Program-made: the position numbers and the translations under genes
Shown here: positions 10,165 to 19,851 of the stretch, one piece after another
Layout: the number at the start of each line of letters is the position of its first letter
How positions within the stretch are numbered: the first letter of the stretch is position 1
From: Chloroflexota bacterium
Lineage (GTDB): Bacteria > Chloroflexota > Dehalococcoidia > Lucifugimonadales > JADFKI01
Reading direction: 5' to 3'
Assembly: GCA_027623195.1 (NCBI GenBank)
Contig: JAQBUT010000006.1
Location: 57,616-121,615 of the forward strand
Length of the DNA: 64,000 nucleotides
The notes under the pieces: generated by a model
Told to the model about the DNA's origin: nothing
The model's database searches: none
The model's input: only the letters and a program-made list of their open reading frames with translations

Positions 10165-11019
10165 CTATCCCTGCTTTTGCTTCTTTAGCGCGGCCAGCAC
10201 CTCGTTGAGGCTGCCGGAACGGAAGCCCTGCAGGTCCAATGTAACATAGGAGTAGCCAATCTCGGTGAACTTCGCGACCACCCTCTTGCGAACATCCTCG
10301 TCGGATAAGGTCAGGAAGTCCTGTGGCTCGACCTCTATGCGGGCCACCGTGTCATGATGTCGGACCCGAAGCTGCTTTATGCCAAGGTCGTGCAGGAACG
10401 CCTCGGCCTTGGCTATGCGAGTCAGGGCCTCGACGGTGACCATGGTGCCGTAGGGGATGCGAGACGATAAGCAGGCTTGGGCAGGCTTGTCCCAGGTGGG
10501 CAGGTCCATGCCTTTGGACAGCTCACGTATCTCCGCCTTCGTGAGGTCCGCGTCCACCATGGGACTTTGAACCCCGTACTGCTTGGCGGCGTTGAGGCCG
10601 GGCCGGAAATCGCCCAGGTCGTCAACGTTGGTTCCGTTGGTAATGAAGTCGTAGCCCTCTACCTTAGCGAAGCTGGAAAGGTAAGTGTAAAGCTCGTCCT
10701 TGCAGAAGAAGCACCGGTTGGGGTCGTTCTTAGCGTAATCGTCCCGCTCAACCTCGTGCGTCTCAATGATGCGATGGTTCAACCCAAGGCGCTGGGCAAG
10801 CTCCTTCGCTTCGACAAGCTCAGACGGAGCTAGACTTGGCGAGTTAGCAGTGACGGCCAGGGCTTTGTCGCCCAAAACATCGTTGGCAGTGGCAGCAAGA
10901 AAGGCGCTGTCGACACCGCCGGAATACGCGACAATCACGGTGCCCATGTCCTTCAGAATGGACTTCAGGGCCTCCATTTTCTGTTCAGTGGTTCGGGCTT
11001 CCTTGGCTTCGGTAGCCAT
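10165..11019 (-). CDS. larE: ATP-dependent sulfur insertase of NPN cofactor biosynthesis
   Basis: PP-loop AYSGGVDS, NRCFFCK, DDLGDFRPG, ACLSSRIPYG, RVRHH, GFRSGSLN. Confidence 0.92.
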   Translation of the reverse strand: MATEAKEARTTEQKMEALKSILKDMGTVIVAYSGGVDSAFLAATANDVLGDKALAVTANSPSLAPSELVEAKELAQRLGLNHRIIETHEVERDDYAKNDPNRCFFCKDELYTYLSSFAKVEGYDFITNGTNVDDLGDFRPGLNAAKQYGVQSPMVDADLTKAEIRELSKGMDLPTWDKPAQACLSSRIPYGTMVTVEALTRIAKAEAFLHDLGIKQLRVRHHDTVARIEVEPQDFLTLSDEDVRKRVVAKFTEIGYSYVTLDLQGFRSGSLNEVLAALKKQKQG

Positions 11020-11152
11020 ACTTGCCTCCGTGATCTGCCTTGTTTGCCAAAGTTCGCGATGAGGGGGCGTTCTACCCCCTCTCTAACTCTCCCCCTTATG
11101 AGGGGAGAAAAACAGTTCCCCGACCCGTCGGGGCCAGGAAGGAGGTAGGCAT

Positions 11153-12025
11153 TTATTCAGCCATCAACTCTTCCACTATTTTACGCATCTCATCTGAGTA
11201 ATACTGGTAAGAGCGGTTCTGGTACTTAAGAACTCGCTGAGACTCCTCTGTATCGTACCAGTCCACCCAGCCCGGCGATTCGCGGTAGGCCACGTCTTCC
11301 ATAGGTGCCCCCATGAATCCGTAAAAGTCCCGCACGTAGTCCTCGCCCTTGAGCTGCCAGGTGGGGCCGCCCCCTATGTTGAAAATCTTATTGGTCTCCG
11401 TTGCGTCTACCGACGCGAACAGGGCATCCACTACGTCGTCACGATGCACCATCTCCACGCGCTGCCCTGCGACAAAGGGCCAGGGGTTAGGAGGCTCCAG
11501 GAACGCCGGGACCGCGATTCCGGCGATCCGCATGGCGATCCACTTCAATGACGACTCCCGCACCGCCTTCTCGCCGACGATCTTGCTTTCGGCATAGATA
11601 TCGATCGCGCTCTGGCGATGGTCAGTAGTCACCGGCGGCTCCTCGTCCTGCGTGTTGCCGTAGGTGCTTATGGACGAAGTGAAGATTAGCACGGCGTCCG
11701 GGGCCACGCTCTCCATCGCCTTTATGATGTTCTCGGTTCCGCCGACATTTACGCCGAAGGTGCGGTCACGGTCACGCTCGCTTGTGGGAGGTAGCAGAGC
11801 GGCCAGATGCACAACAGAACCCACGCCCTTCAGCGCCTGCGTCACCTGGTCGGCATCGGTGATGTCGCCCTTGACTATCTCGATGCCAGCCCGATCTTCC
11901 AGGCCATCAAAGTCCATGAAAGGAAGGTCGAAGATTCGAACTGTCTTCCCTGCGGCCACTAGCTTTTCAACCAGCATCCGGCCAACGCTGCCTGCGCCAC
12001 CGGTAACGAGGATAGGCCCGCTCAC
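11153..12025 (-). CDS. NAD-dependent epimerase/dehydratase family protein
   Basis: VTGGAGSVG, HLAA, NVGGT, YAESK. Confidence 0.88.
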   Translation of the reverse strand: MSGPILVTGGAGSVGRMLVEKLVAAGKTVRIFDLPFMDFDGLEDRAGIEIVKGDITDADQVTQALKGVGSVVHLAALLPPTSERDRDRTFGVNVGGTENIIKAMESVAPDAVLIFTSSISTYGNTQDEEPPVTTDHRQSAIDIYAESKIVGEKAVRESSLKWIAMRIAGIAVPAFLEPPNPWPFVAGQRVEMVHRDDVVDALFASVDATETNKIFNIGGGPTWQLKGEDYVRDFYGFMGAPMEDVAYRESPGWVDWYDTEESQRVLKYQNRSYQYYSDEMRKIVEELMAE

Positions 12026-12345
12026 GTTAGGGTAACACCCTTCATGCCAGCCTTCTCGATGACATTCTGGCAGGTCGTTATGAGTTGCTCAATAGCCGGA
12101 CCAAACTCGTCCCAGTCTTCTTTGCTCTTAAGCTCAAGAGCGGATGCCGAATCCCGTACTGCAGCCCTGGTAGTGGGTACGCTAGGCATGGTCTTGAAAA
12201 AGAAGGTCCCGCTAATCTCGTCGAACTTTGCTAGGATTTCGTTAATGGAGGCTTCCCAGGCTTCGTTGACTGTTCCAAGGCCATCCACAATTCTCTCGCA
12301 GTTGACTATGGACTCTTCCAGCATTTCCTGTCCAGATTGTGGCAT
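12022..12345 (-). CDS. hypothetical acidic helical protein, coupled to the epimerase gene
   Basis: AAGGAG RBS; 4-bp GTGA overlap with the downstream gene. Confidence 0.7.
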   Translation of the reverse strand: MPQSGQEMLEESIVNCERIVDGLGTVNEAWEASINEILAKFDEISGTFFFKTMPSVPTTRAAVRDSASALELKSKEDWDEFGPAIEQLITTCQNVIEKAGMKGVTLT

Positions 12346-12563
12346 TTTCGTCCACTCCTTACGTGCTAAATATTGCGTCTATTGTCGGTTGAATCCCAAT
12401 TCCCGTCAAGTTAGTGTCGGATGACTTGGCCCTTCCTCTACACAGAGCCCATATTGGGATCGGACTCACTTTGACAACCTATTCGGATTCCTGCGTCATG
12501 CCATCGGCGTGTTGGGGTTGCGCTGGGACTATTTCAAATGGCGGGCACTTCCGCCTGCGAACG

Positions 12564-12650
12564 CTTCACCCTCACCTCATTCCTCTCCCATCCAGGGAGA
12601 GGAGGCTGTCCCTTCCCCCTCGACGGGGGAAGGTTAGAATGAGGGTGAAG
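12564..12650. repeat. REP-like composite palindrome (CCCTCACC..CCTCTCCC..GGGAGAGG type), copy 1
   Basis: Very similar to 55210-55291; two internal hairpins closed by CACCCTCA/TGAGGGTG. Confidence 0.8.
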
Positions 12651-12676
12651 CATCCCCGCCTTCAACCTCGTTAATT

Positions 12677-12710
12677 AAAAAGGGACGCACCCCGTAGAGC
12701 GCGTCCCTTT
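12677..12710 (-). terminator. Rho-independent terminator after DUF362 gene
   Basis: AAAGGGACGC..GCGTCCCTTT hairpin with T-tract on the minus strand. Confidence 0.7.
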
Positions 12711-12740
12711 ATCTGATTTATTCGAGTCTATCCGAAAGAT

Positions 12741-14162
12741 CTAGTTGTCGTCGGCGGGCTGAAGCTCCTCGATATCCACCTCGGCGTGATGGCCGTTGGT
12801 GGAGTGCTCGTAGTGGCGCTTCATCTTCTCCAGGTCGACATCCTCGTTGCGGTCGAAGCCACGACCTTCGTGGAGATCGTACGGGAACGGCTGGAACCTT
12901 TCGAACCGCTCCTGGAATCGCTGGCGGCTTGGCCGGCGGTCGTACGGGAACCTGTACTTGGCCCCGTCGGCAGGCTCAACTTCATGCAGGGTGTAATCGC
13001 GGCTGCCCAAACCAATCTCGTGACCTGTGTTGATACTGGCAACCTCGCTCTGACCATGGAAGGTAGCTGCCGCAGCCTCGAACTTGTTGTCGCCAGGGTG
13101 ATGGGCTTCCATCATCTCGGCGGCGGAGCCAGGTATGCCCACGGATGCTTTAGCCTTGTCCACACACGCCATGTCGATTGCAACGGCGTCCGTACTGGCA
13201 AATACACCCAGGTGCGGAACGATGGGAATGTCCGCGTGGTTGGCGCAGTCGCAGCGAGGCGAGATGTCGATAGCCATGTTTATGTAGCCAACCTTGTCCC
13301 GGCCCACTGCCTTCTCGACAGCCAGACAGGCGTCGGCGATGGCCACGTCCACAGCGTCAAAGTTGACGGGAGGAATCTCTGCAATTCCCCTGGGGCCTAC
13401 AACGCCAAAACAGCCCAGGCAGGTGGCGCAGCGATCGCGGTCCCACTCTAGCTCATCGTTGTCATTGATGTTGTACGTATTGAACGGGCAGCAGTCCTCG
13501 ATAATCTCCCAGTCAGGAGTCGCGGCCTTGCCCTTGAAAGCTTCCGGATGGAATATGGCTGCAGCGCCGAAGCCGTACTTGGGATGGCCTCCCATGTGTA
13601 CGTTAAGCTTGCCGCGCTTGGACTGGCCGCCAATGCCCAGGTTCTTGAGTGCGCCGCCGATAACGCCCATGCCGTGGCCCTTGAAGTGGGTCAGGGCGAT
13701 AAGAGCGTCGGATGCGGCGATGGCCTGTGCAACGTACGCCTCTTTAAGGAGGTACCCCTCTGGCAGGTCTACGCGGTAGTCGCTGGTGCCAATGAAGCCG
13801 TCAGCGCAGATGAATGGGCAGCCTAAAGTGGCTGAACTGTATCCGTTGCGCTCAGCAGTAAGCATAAGGTCAAGTTCGCTGGTCCTGGAACCCCATGGCG
13901 AGTACGAAGAGGTGGTAGTGTCGCAAACGAAAGGTCGTCCGCCCAACTCCTTGATTCGGTCCGCCAGCGCTCGCGCGTATACGGGGCGAAGGTAAGCCGT
14001 ATTATTCCACTCACCACAGTGGATTTTGATGGCCACAATGTCGTTGGGGCTGATGAGCTTGTCAAGCCCGGCGGCGTCGAAGACGGTAAGCATTTTGGAA
14101 ACGAGGCTTGTCTCGGTGCTTTCCGAGTGCCCGTCCATAAAATAAACGTGGGATTTTTCCAT
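12741..14162 (-). CDS. DUF362 domain Fe-S protein
   Basis: VAIKIHCGEWNN, GGRPFVCDT, THFKGH, GGALKNLGIG, ISPRCDC, ASTDAVAIDMAC; inserted CxxCxxC segment. Confidence 0.88.
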   Translation of the reverse strand: MEKSHVYFMDGHSESTETSLVSKMLTVFDAAGLDKLISPNDIVAIKIHCGEWNNTAYLRPVYARALADRIKELGGRPFVCDTTTSSYSPWGSRTSELDLMLTAERNGYSSATLGCPFICADGFIGTSDYRVDLPEGYLLKEAYVAQAIAASDALIALTHFKGHGMGVIGGALKNLGIGGQSKRGKLNVHMGGHPKYGFGAAAIFHPEAFKGKAATPDWEIIEDCCPFNTYNINDNDELEWDRDRCATCLGCFGVVGPRGIAEIPPVNFDAVDVAIADACLAVEKAVGRDKVGYINMAIDISPRCDCANHADIPIVPHLGVFASTDAVAIDMACVDKAKASVGIPGSAAEMMEAHHPGDNKFEAAAATFHGQSEVASINTGHEIGLGSRDYTLHEVEPADGAKYRFPYDRRPSRQRFQERFERFQPFPYDLHEGRGFDRNEDVDLEKMKRHYEHSTNGHHAEVDIEELQPADDN

Positions 14163-14379
14163 GTTCCCCTCCCTAGTTATAGCCAGTTATAGCCGAAAAA
14201 CAGACAGTACACCATAGTAGGCTGAGATTAGCACCGGGGCTCAAAAAAGTCAATTGAGCTCACGCCCAGGATTAGGGGTGGAGAGAATTATTTTTGATTA
14301 CGCGAAGGGTTGAATAGCCCCTTTTATAGACGCTCTTTGCACTGTTTAGGACGAACTTGCGCCCGGGAGGCGACCAAAC

Positions 14380-14410
14380 AAGAGGCCCAGGCTTGATGCC
14401 TGGGCCTCTT
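14380..14410 (-). terminator. Hairpin terminator after alpha-hydroxy acid oxidase gene
   Basis: AAGAGGCCCAGGC-TTGAT-GCCTGGGCCTCTT perfect stem. Confidence 0.7.
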
Positions 14411-14441
14411 AAACCAAATTGGCTCTGTGGGCTACTGGAAA

Positions 14442-15557
14442 TTAATGGGAATGGTTGAATATCGGAGAACCTTCCCAGCACTGGCAAGGCAGTTCTACGA
14501 CGCTGCGGTCTATCTCGGCGGGGGTGCGCTTGCCGACGTACGCCATAGCCCTGTCGAACTCCGTCTTGAGGATATTCAGCATCGTCTCCACGCCGTTTGC
14601 GCCATCGTAGGCCAAGCCCCAGTACAACGGCCTGCCAACCATTACCGCACGGGCACCGAGCGCCAGCGCCTTAACAACATCCAGGCCGCGCCGCACACCG
14701 GAGTCCAGGTAAATTTCCATGTTACTGCTGCCTACAGCATCCGCGATAGGCACCAGCGACTCGATAGTTGACTTGGTGCCGTCCATCTGCCGGCCGCCGT
14801 GGTTGGAGACAACGATGCCGTCGACACCGTGCTCGGCGCACTGCACCGCCTCCCTGACCGTCCGCACTCCTTTAATAACCAACGGAAGCCCCGTCAGGTC
14901 GCGGAGCCAGTCCAGCCTATCCCATGTGAGCCCGGTAAAGTCAGGAGGGTTCCAGTCGGCCATATCGGGTACGCCGACCGAACGCAAGGAGGTTAGGTCC
15001 GGGCGCTCCCGAAGGCTGCCCCAATGCAAGCCAGGCATCGCCACGTAACCATTGCGCAAATCGCGCTCCTTGGGGCTAGGCGAGGGTGTATCGATGGTTA
15101 AGCATATGGCCTTGAAGCCCGCGTTCTTGGCCTTCTTTACCAGAATCTCAGTGACCTCGTCGTTAAAGTGGTATAGCTGCCACCACAATGGTCCGGTGGC
15201 GACCTCCGCCACCTCGTCGATGCCCCAGCCAGAGCTGGTTGCTAGAGCCATCAGAGTGCCTGCTGCACCTGCACCCATGGCCGTAGCCTTCTCTCCCTCG
15301 GGATGAGCCTGACGCTGGCCGCCGGTCGGCGCAACCATCACAGGGAAGCTTATCTTCTCACCCAGGACAGTGGTAGTTAGGTCTCGCTTGGAGACATCCT
15401 GCAGGAAATCGGAGTTTACCGTAATCCGGTCAAACGCCTCCCGGTTCCGCCTCTTGGTTATCTCGTCGTTACACGCCGCATCAACGAAATCCCACATATT
15501 GTGTGGCATGGTTTGTTTGGCTAATTCTTCCAGATCATATAGGTTCACCGGTTCCAT
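14442..15557 (-). CDS. FMN-dependent alpha-hydroxy acid oxidase/dehydrogenase
   Basis: PVMVAP, VSNHGGRQMD, DSGVRRGLDVVKALALGA, GRP. Confidence 0.93.
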   Translation of the reverse strand: MEPVNLYDLEELAKQTMPHNMWDFVDAACNDEITKRRNREAFDRITVNSDFLQDVSKRDLTTTVLGEKISFPVMVAPTGGQRQAHPEGEKATAMGAGAAGTLMALATSSGWGIDEVAEVATGPLWWQLYHFNDEVTEILVKKAKNAGFKAICLTIDTPSPSPKERDLRNGYVAMPGLHWGSLRERPDLTSLRSVGVPDMADWNPPDFTGLTWDRLDWLRDLTGLPLVIKGVRTVREAVQCAEHGVDGIVVSNHGGRQMDGTKSTIESLVPIADAVGSSNMEIYLDSGVRRGLDVVKALALGARAVMVGRPLYWGLAYDGANGVETMLNILKTEFDRAMAYVGKRTPAEIDRSVVELPCQCWEGSPIFNHSH

Positions 15558-15696
15558 AACGACAAGTAACCTCCCTCAAAGTATTCATGAATCCCGGCGC
15601 ATTATATCCCTCCGTCAATAATTTGCAAAGTATTTTTGATACTAGGCAAAATGGCGTGGCAAATATCCCGGCTTTAGTCCCAGAGAGACCAAGGTA

Positions 15697-16113
15697 CTAG
15701 TCGTCGCTCGCTATGGACACGACACTGCGCGGGGTAAGACGAAACACGACGACTTCTGAATGGCCTCCTCTGTAGCCTTCCGCAAAATCGCGACCCTTCT
15801 CTTCGCCGTAGTAGCGCACGGCCATGGACAGCACCAGGTCGTAAAGAGGCCGGTCTACCTCTGCAACAGGCCCGTCCATAATAACGGACCGGTAGGGCGG
15901 CTCCCGCCAGTCGACACACAGCGAGGCGTGGGGCCGACCTTGGAGGTTACGCCACTTCAGCGAGGCTCGCGACGTAAACATGTAGGCCGCCCCATCCTCC
16001 CAGTGAAACCAGATGGGCGCTGATCGAGGCCGCCCCTGCTCGTCCACAGTTCCGATCACGGCCACCAAAGATTGCGATAGAAACTGGTCGATCTCCTGTT
16101 CAGTCATGGGCAT
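15697..16113 (-). CDS. PPOX-class (probably F420-dependent) split-barrel oxidoreductase
   Basis: GTVDEQGRP..PIWF, KWRNLQGRPHASLCVD. Confidence 0.85.
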   Translation of the reverse strand: MPMTEQEIDQFLSQSLVAVIGTVDEQGRPRSAPIWFHWEDGAAYMFTSRASLKWRNLQGRPHASLCVDWREPPYRSVIMDGPVAEVDRPLYDLVLSMAVRYYGEEKGRDFAEGYRGGHSEVVVFRLTPRSVVSIASDD

Positions 16114-16252
16114 TTCTGTACCTCGCTGCGCCAATACATTGACTGACGATTGATTAGGGATGCCTGAGGCTGTATTCTAAGGCAATCGGCTCAATCGCGT
16201 TTCAACGTGAGCAACCGACGGGACGCCAAATGAAACCTGAACGAGGTCTTTG

Positions 16253-16921
16253 ATGATGACGGATATCAACGATGCCTGGGTACATCCCGGACCACAGCCC
16301 AACGGCATGCAGGCCGTGGACGGAGGCGTGTGGATTATCGACCAGGGCGATGACCACCTATACAAACTGTCCTACGACGACGGTTCCATCATCGAGAAGC
16401 TCCCTACGGAAACCAAAGCCTCTAGTGGCGTAACTGTAGGCGGTGGGTACATCTGGGTGGCCTCGACGTACTCCTGCGAGCTGTACAAGCTGGACCCCAA
16501 AGACGGCTCCACGGTAGCCGTGTACGACACGCCGGGCAAGGGTGTCGTCGGCTACGCCAAGGACCCGGCCACCGCTACGGAGACGGGCGCGCACGGCATG
16601 GAGTGGATTGACGACGATAACATGTGGATTGCAGTTCCGCCGGCAAAGACGGCCTACCTCATGGACCCCAAGACCATGACAGTGAAGCGTTCCATCCCAA
16701 CGCCGGACGAGCGGCCACACGGGCTGTTCATGCACAACGGCGCCATCTGGCTGGCTGACACCGGCCTTGGCAAGATACACAAGCTTAACCCCGACACAGG
16801 CGAAGTGCTGGACGAGATCGACGTGCCGGAGCCAGAGGTTCACGGCATGACGCTAAAGGACGGCGTCATCTGGTTCTGCTGCGCCGAGACGCGGCGGGTC
16901 TGCACGGTGCGATTGCCGTGA
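16253..16921 (+). CDS. Beta-propeller protein (Vgb / glutaminyl-cyclase-like repeats)
   Basis: Repeated P..(P/A/V)HG(M/L)....IW..D blades. Confidence 0.75.
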   Translation: MMTDINDAWVHPGPQPNGMQAVDGGVWIIDQGDDHLYKLSYDDGSIIEKLPTETKASSGVTVGGGYIWVASTYSCELYKLDPKDGSTVAVYDTPGKGVVGYAKDPATATETGAHGMEWIDDDNMWIAVPPAKTAYLMDPKTMTVKRSIPTPDERPHGLFMHNGAIWLADTGLGKIHKLNPDTGEVLDEIDVPEPEVHGMTLKDGVIWFCCAETRRVCTVRLP

Positions 16922-17017
16922 AGCTGGACGACTACACATACATGCCCTACTCTGTCATATGTGAGCAAGGGATAGCGCTGGCAGGGCTCTTCGACTAGAG
17001 TAGGCCGGCCCACACAC

Positions 17018-17046
17018 TTGACATTTCCTCAAAGTCGAAATATATT
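17018..17046 (+). promoter_or_regulatory. sigma70 promoter
   Basis: TTGACA-17 bp-TATATT. Confidence 0.65.
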
Positions 17047-17174
17047 CAGGCCATTCTGCAAGAATCGGTCAAGTAATCCACGCTTTTGGCCTGCAACATG
17101 GGTGTCAAGTGGCGTGACGCAGTAAACTTCCGGCTATTTTGGATGGTTTGTAGATACACAGAAGGTCTTTCGTG

Positions 17175-18161
17175 ATGAAGCGCCTATTATCCGTTCTAGT
17201 TCTGTTGGTGGCCCTTGTTGCCGGCTTCACCGCTATTCCGACGTTCGCTAACGGCGTCGCCACAGTCCACAACTTCAACCCTGCCGAAGGTGAGTTTCCC
17301 GAGGCGCTTGTCATAGACAAGAGGGGCAATATCTACGTAAGCACAAGCACTAATCCGAACGGCAGGATCTACAAATTTACGCCTGAAGGGAACGGCAGCA
17401 TCTACGCGAATCTGCCTTCCCCCGGTGCCGGTTTTGTCCTTGGCATGGCGTTCGATCGCCGCGAAAACCTCTACGTTGCCATGGCGAGCTTTGATCCCGC
17501 GACGCACGGCATATGGAAGGTCAGTCGCAGGGACCATTCCGTATCCAAATTCGCCGCGTTGCCAGAGAGCGGACTGCCCAATGGACTCATCTTCGATAAG
17601 AGGGGAAATCTGTACGTTGGCGATAGCGGCGGCGGAGTCATCTGGCGCATCGACCGGCACGGGAACGTCTCGGTCTGGAGCGCCGACCCTCTGCTTGTGG
17701 GAACTGGCTCCACCGGCTTCCCCTTCTTCATAGGGGTCGACGGCATCGTATTCGATGAGCATGAAGAAAACCTTTACGCCACGAATTTTGAAGTGGGTGA
17801 GATCATCCGATTTCCAGTGATGGAAGACGGCAGCGCCGGAACCGGCGAGGTCTTCGCCGACGGCCCGATGGTTCAGGGTGTCGACGGCATCACTATCGAC
17901 GACGACGGAAACCTGTATGCGGCCGCCAATACAAGGAACGCCATTATCATGGTTTCAGAGGACGGCGAAGTCACAACGGTCGCAGAGGGAAGCCCGCCCT
18001 TTCAGAACCCATCCGACGTGAGGTTCGGCAAGGGCGATGACGAAGACACTCTGTACATTACGAATTTCGCCATATTCGCGGGTGCGGATGCAATCCCCGC
18101 GCTGCTCAAAATGTCGGTGGGTGACGACGATGAGGACGAGGAAGAAGGCGACGACGATTAG
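17175..18161 (+). CDS. Secreted SMP-30/gluconolactonase/LRE beta-propeller protein
   Basis: Signal peptide MKRLLSVLVLLVALVAG..TFA; PNGLIFD, DGIVFD, DGITIDDDGNLY; acidic tail. Confidence 0.85.
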   Translation: MKRLLSVLVLLVALVAGFTAIPTFANGVATVHNFNPAEGEFPEALVIDKRGNIYVSTSTNPNGRIYKFTPEGNGSIYANLPSPGAGFVLGMAFDRRENLYVAMASFDPATHGIWKVSRRDHSVSKFAALPESGLPNGLIFDKRGNLYVGDSGGGVIWRIDRHGNVSVWSADPLLVGTGSTGFPFFIGVDGIVFDEHEENLYATNFEVGEIIRFPVMEDGSAGTGEVFADGPMVQGVDGITIDDDGNLYAAANTRNAIIMVSEDGEVTTVAEGSPPFQNPSDVRFGKGDDEDTLYITNFAIFAGADAIPALLKMSVGDDDEDEEEGDDD

Positions 18162-18218
18162 TAGGAAGACGACTAGTGTCGACTAATCGTTGGTTTGCCA
18201 CAAGATAAGCTGAAGATA

Positions 18219-18252
18219 GGGCTACGGTGGTTCGCGCCGTAGCCCCGTTTTT
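18219..18252 (+). terminator. Rho-independent terminator
   Basis: GGGCTACGGTG..CGCCGTAGCCC followed by GTTTTT. Confidence 0.7.
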
Positions 18253-18370
18253 CGAAGCTGGTCCCTTTCATGCTCGCGGCTAGGAGTTGACCGGACCCGT
18301 ATCACTGTTGGTCGGAATTTCGAATTCGTCGAGCATCTACAATGCCGGACATAAACGAGGATTCAAGTCA

Positions 18371-19225
18371 ATGCCAGAATCGCACACGGAGATTGCCCCA
18401 GGTATTCACCAGATATTAATGGACCAGGAGGCGCGTCCTGGCGTCTACGGAGGGGTATACGCTCCTAACGTATACCTGGTTATTGGCCGAGACAAGGCGG
18501 TGTTCATCGACACGGCCTACGGTGAGGACGACGAGGTGGCGGCGCACCTTCGCCTTTGGGAAGAGAAGGGTAAGCCTGACATCGAGGCCATCATCTGCAC
18601 TCACAGGCACGGCGACCATATCGGCGGGGCGGGCAGATTATCCGAGGTTACCGGCGGGGCAATTGCCTGCGCCACCGACGAACGAGATGCCATTGACGCG
18701 GACTTGAAGAGCGGCCAGGTAGGCAGGGTGTTCCAAGAGGGCGATAGCATAGACCTGGGCGGGGCAACCCTGGATTTTATACCCACGCCGGGCCACACCA
18801 TGGGAAGTCTGTGCATCGTGCATCGCGAGAATGGCGTGCTGTTTAGCGGCGACATGATTCTCGGCACCGGCACCACCGTGGTGAGTCCTGAGCACGGAGA
18901 CATGACGTCATACATCGAGTCCATGCGCAAGCTGTTGACCTACGACGGCTTAACCATGATCGCGCCGGGCCACGGTCCCATAATCAACACGCCTTACGAA
19001 AAGTTCCAGGAACTAATTGACCATCGCCTCCAAAGGGAGGAGCAGATCCTGAAACTGGTGAGCGACGGCACCGGCACCGTCGATGCGCTACTAGAGGCCA
19101 TTTACGTGGGCGGTATCCACCCGAATCTGCACGACACCGCCAAGAACCAGATACTTTCCCATCTGGCCAAGCTAGAACGCGAAAGTAAGGTGAGGTCGGA
19201 CGGAGCCCAGTTCTCCGCCGCCTGA
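18371..19225 (+). CDS. MBL-fold metallo-hydrolase (LACTB2-like)
   Basis: THRHGDHIGG, TPGHT, SGD, APGHG; C-terminal winged-helix-like SHLAKLERE. Confidence 0.9.
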   Translation: MPESHTEIAPGIHQILMDQEARPGVYGGVYAPNVYLVIGRDKAVFIDTAYGEDDEVAAHLRLWEEKGKPDIEAIICTHRHGDHIGGAGRLSEVTGGAIACATDERDAIDADLKSGQVGRVFQEGDSIDLGGATLDFIPTPGHTMGSLCIVHRENGVLFSGDMILGTGTTVVSPEHGDMTSYIESMRKLLTYDGLTMIAPGHGPIINTPYEKFQELIDHRLQREEQILKLVSDGTGTVDALLEAIYVGGIHPNLHDTAKNQILSHLAKLERESKVRSDGAQFSAA

Positions 19226-19254
19226 GACTTGAGGACAACGACCCTCAACGTGCT

Positions 19255-19851
19255 ATGAAAACACTGCGATTATGCTTCCTTGGCGACTCCTTCGTAAACG
19301 GCACTGGTGATCCTGATTGCCTGGGCTGGACGGGCAGGGTGTGCGCTGAGGCTTGTCGGAAGGGCCACGACGTGACGTACTACAATCTCGGCATCCGACG
19401 GGAAACCAGCGACGACATCCTCACGAGATGGCGCGTTGAGGTTGAAGGGCGCTTACCAGCCACCGTAGAACGCCGCATGGTCGTGTCCTTTGGCGTTAAC
19501 GACGTGACTTGGGAGCGTGATGGGATAAGGGTCCCTATGGAACGGACCTTGGCCAACGCTAACTCCATCTTGTCCGAAGCATCGAGCATATGCCCGGTGC
19601 TGATGGTAGGCCCTCCGCCAACAGCGGACGATGAGGTAAACAAGCGTTCGGTCAGGTTGGACGAAGAATTATCTAACCTCTGCGAATATATGAAAATACC
19701 GTATTTGCCCGTGATAGAAATTCTTACCGCATCAGACGTTTGGATTCCAGAGGCCAAGAGTTTCGATGGCGCACATCCGCGGTCTGGCGGGTACTCCGAA
19801 TTGGCAACGCTGGTAAACAACTGGTCGGCATGGAAGGCCTGGTTCGAATAG
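19255..19851 (+). CDS. GDSL/SGNH esterase
   Basis: GDSF, NLGIR, FGVND, DGAHP. Confidence 0.9.
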   Translation: MKTLRLCFLGDSFVNGTGDPDCLGWTGRVCAEACRKGHDVTYYNLGIRRETSDDILTRWRVEVEGRLPATVERRMVVSFGVNDVTWERDGIRVPMERTLANANSILSEASSICPVLMVGPPPTADDEVNKRSVRLDEELSNLCEYMKIPYLPVIEILTASDVWIPEAKSFDGAHPRSGGYSELATLVNNWSAWKAWFE

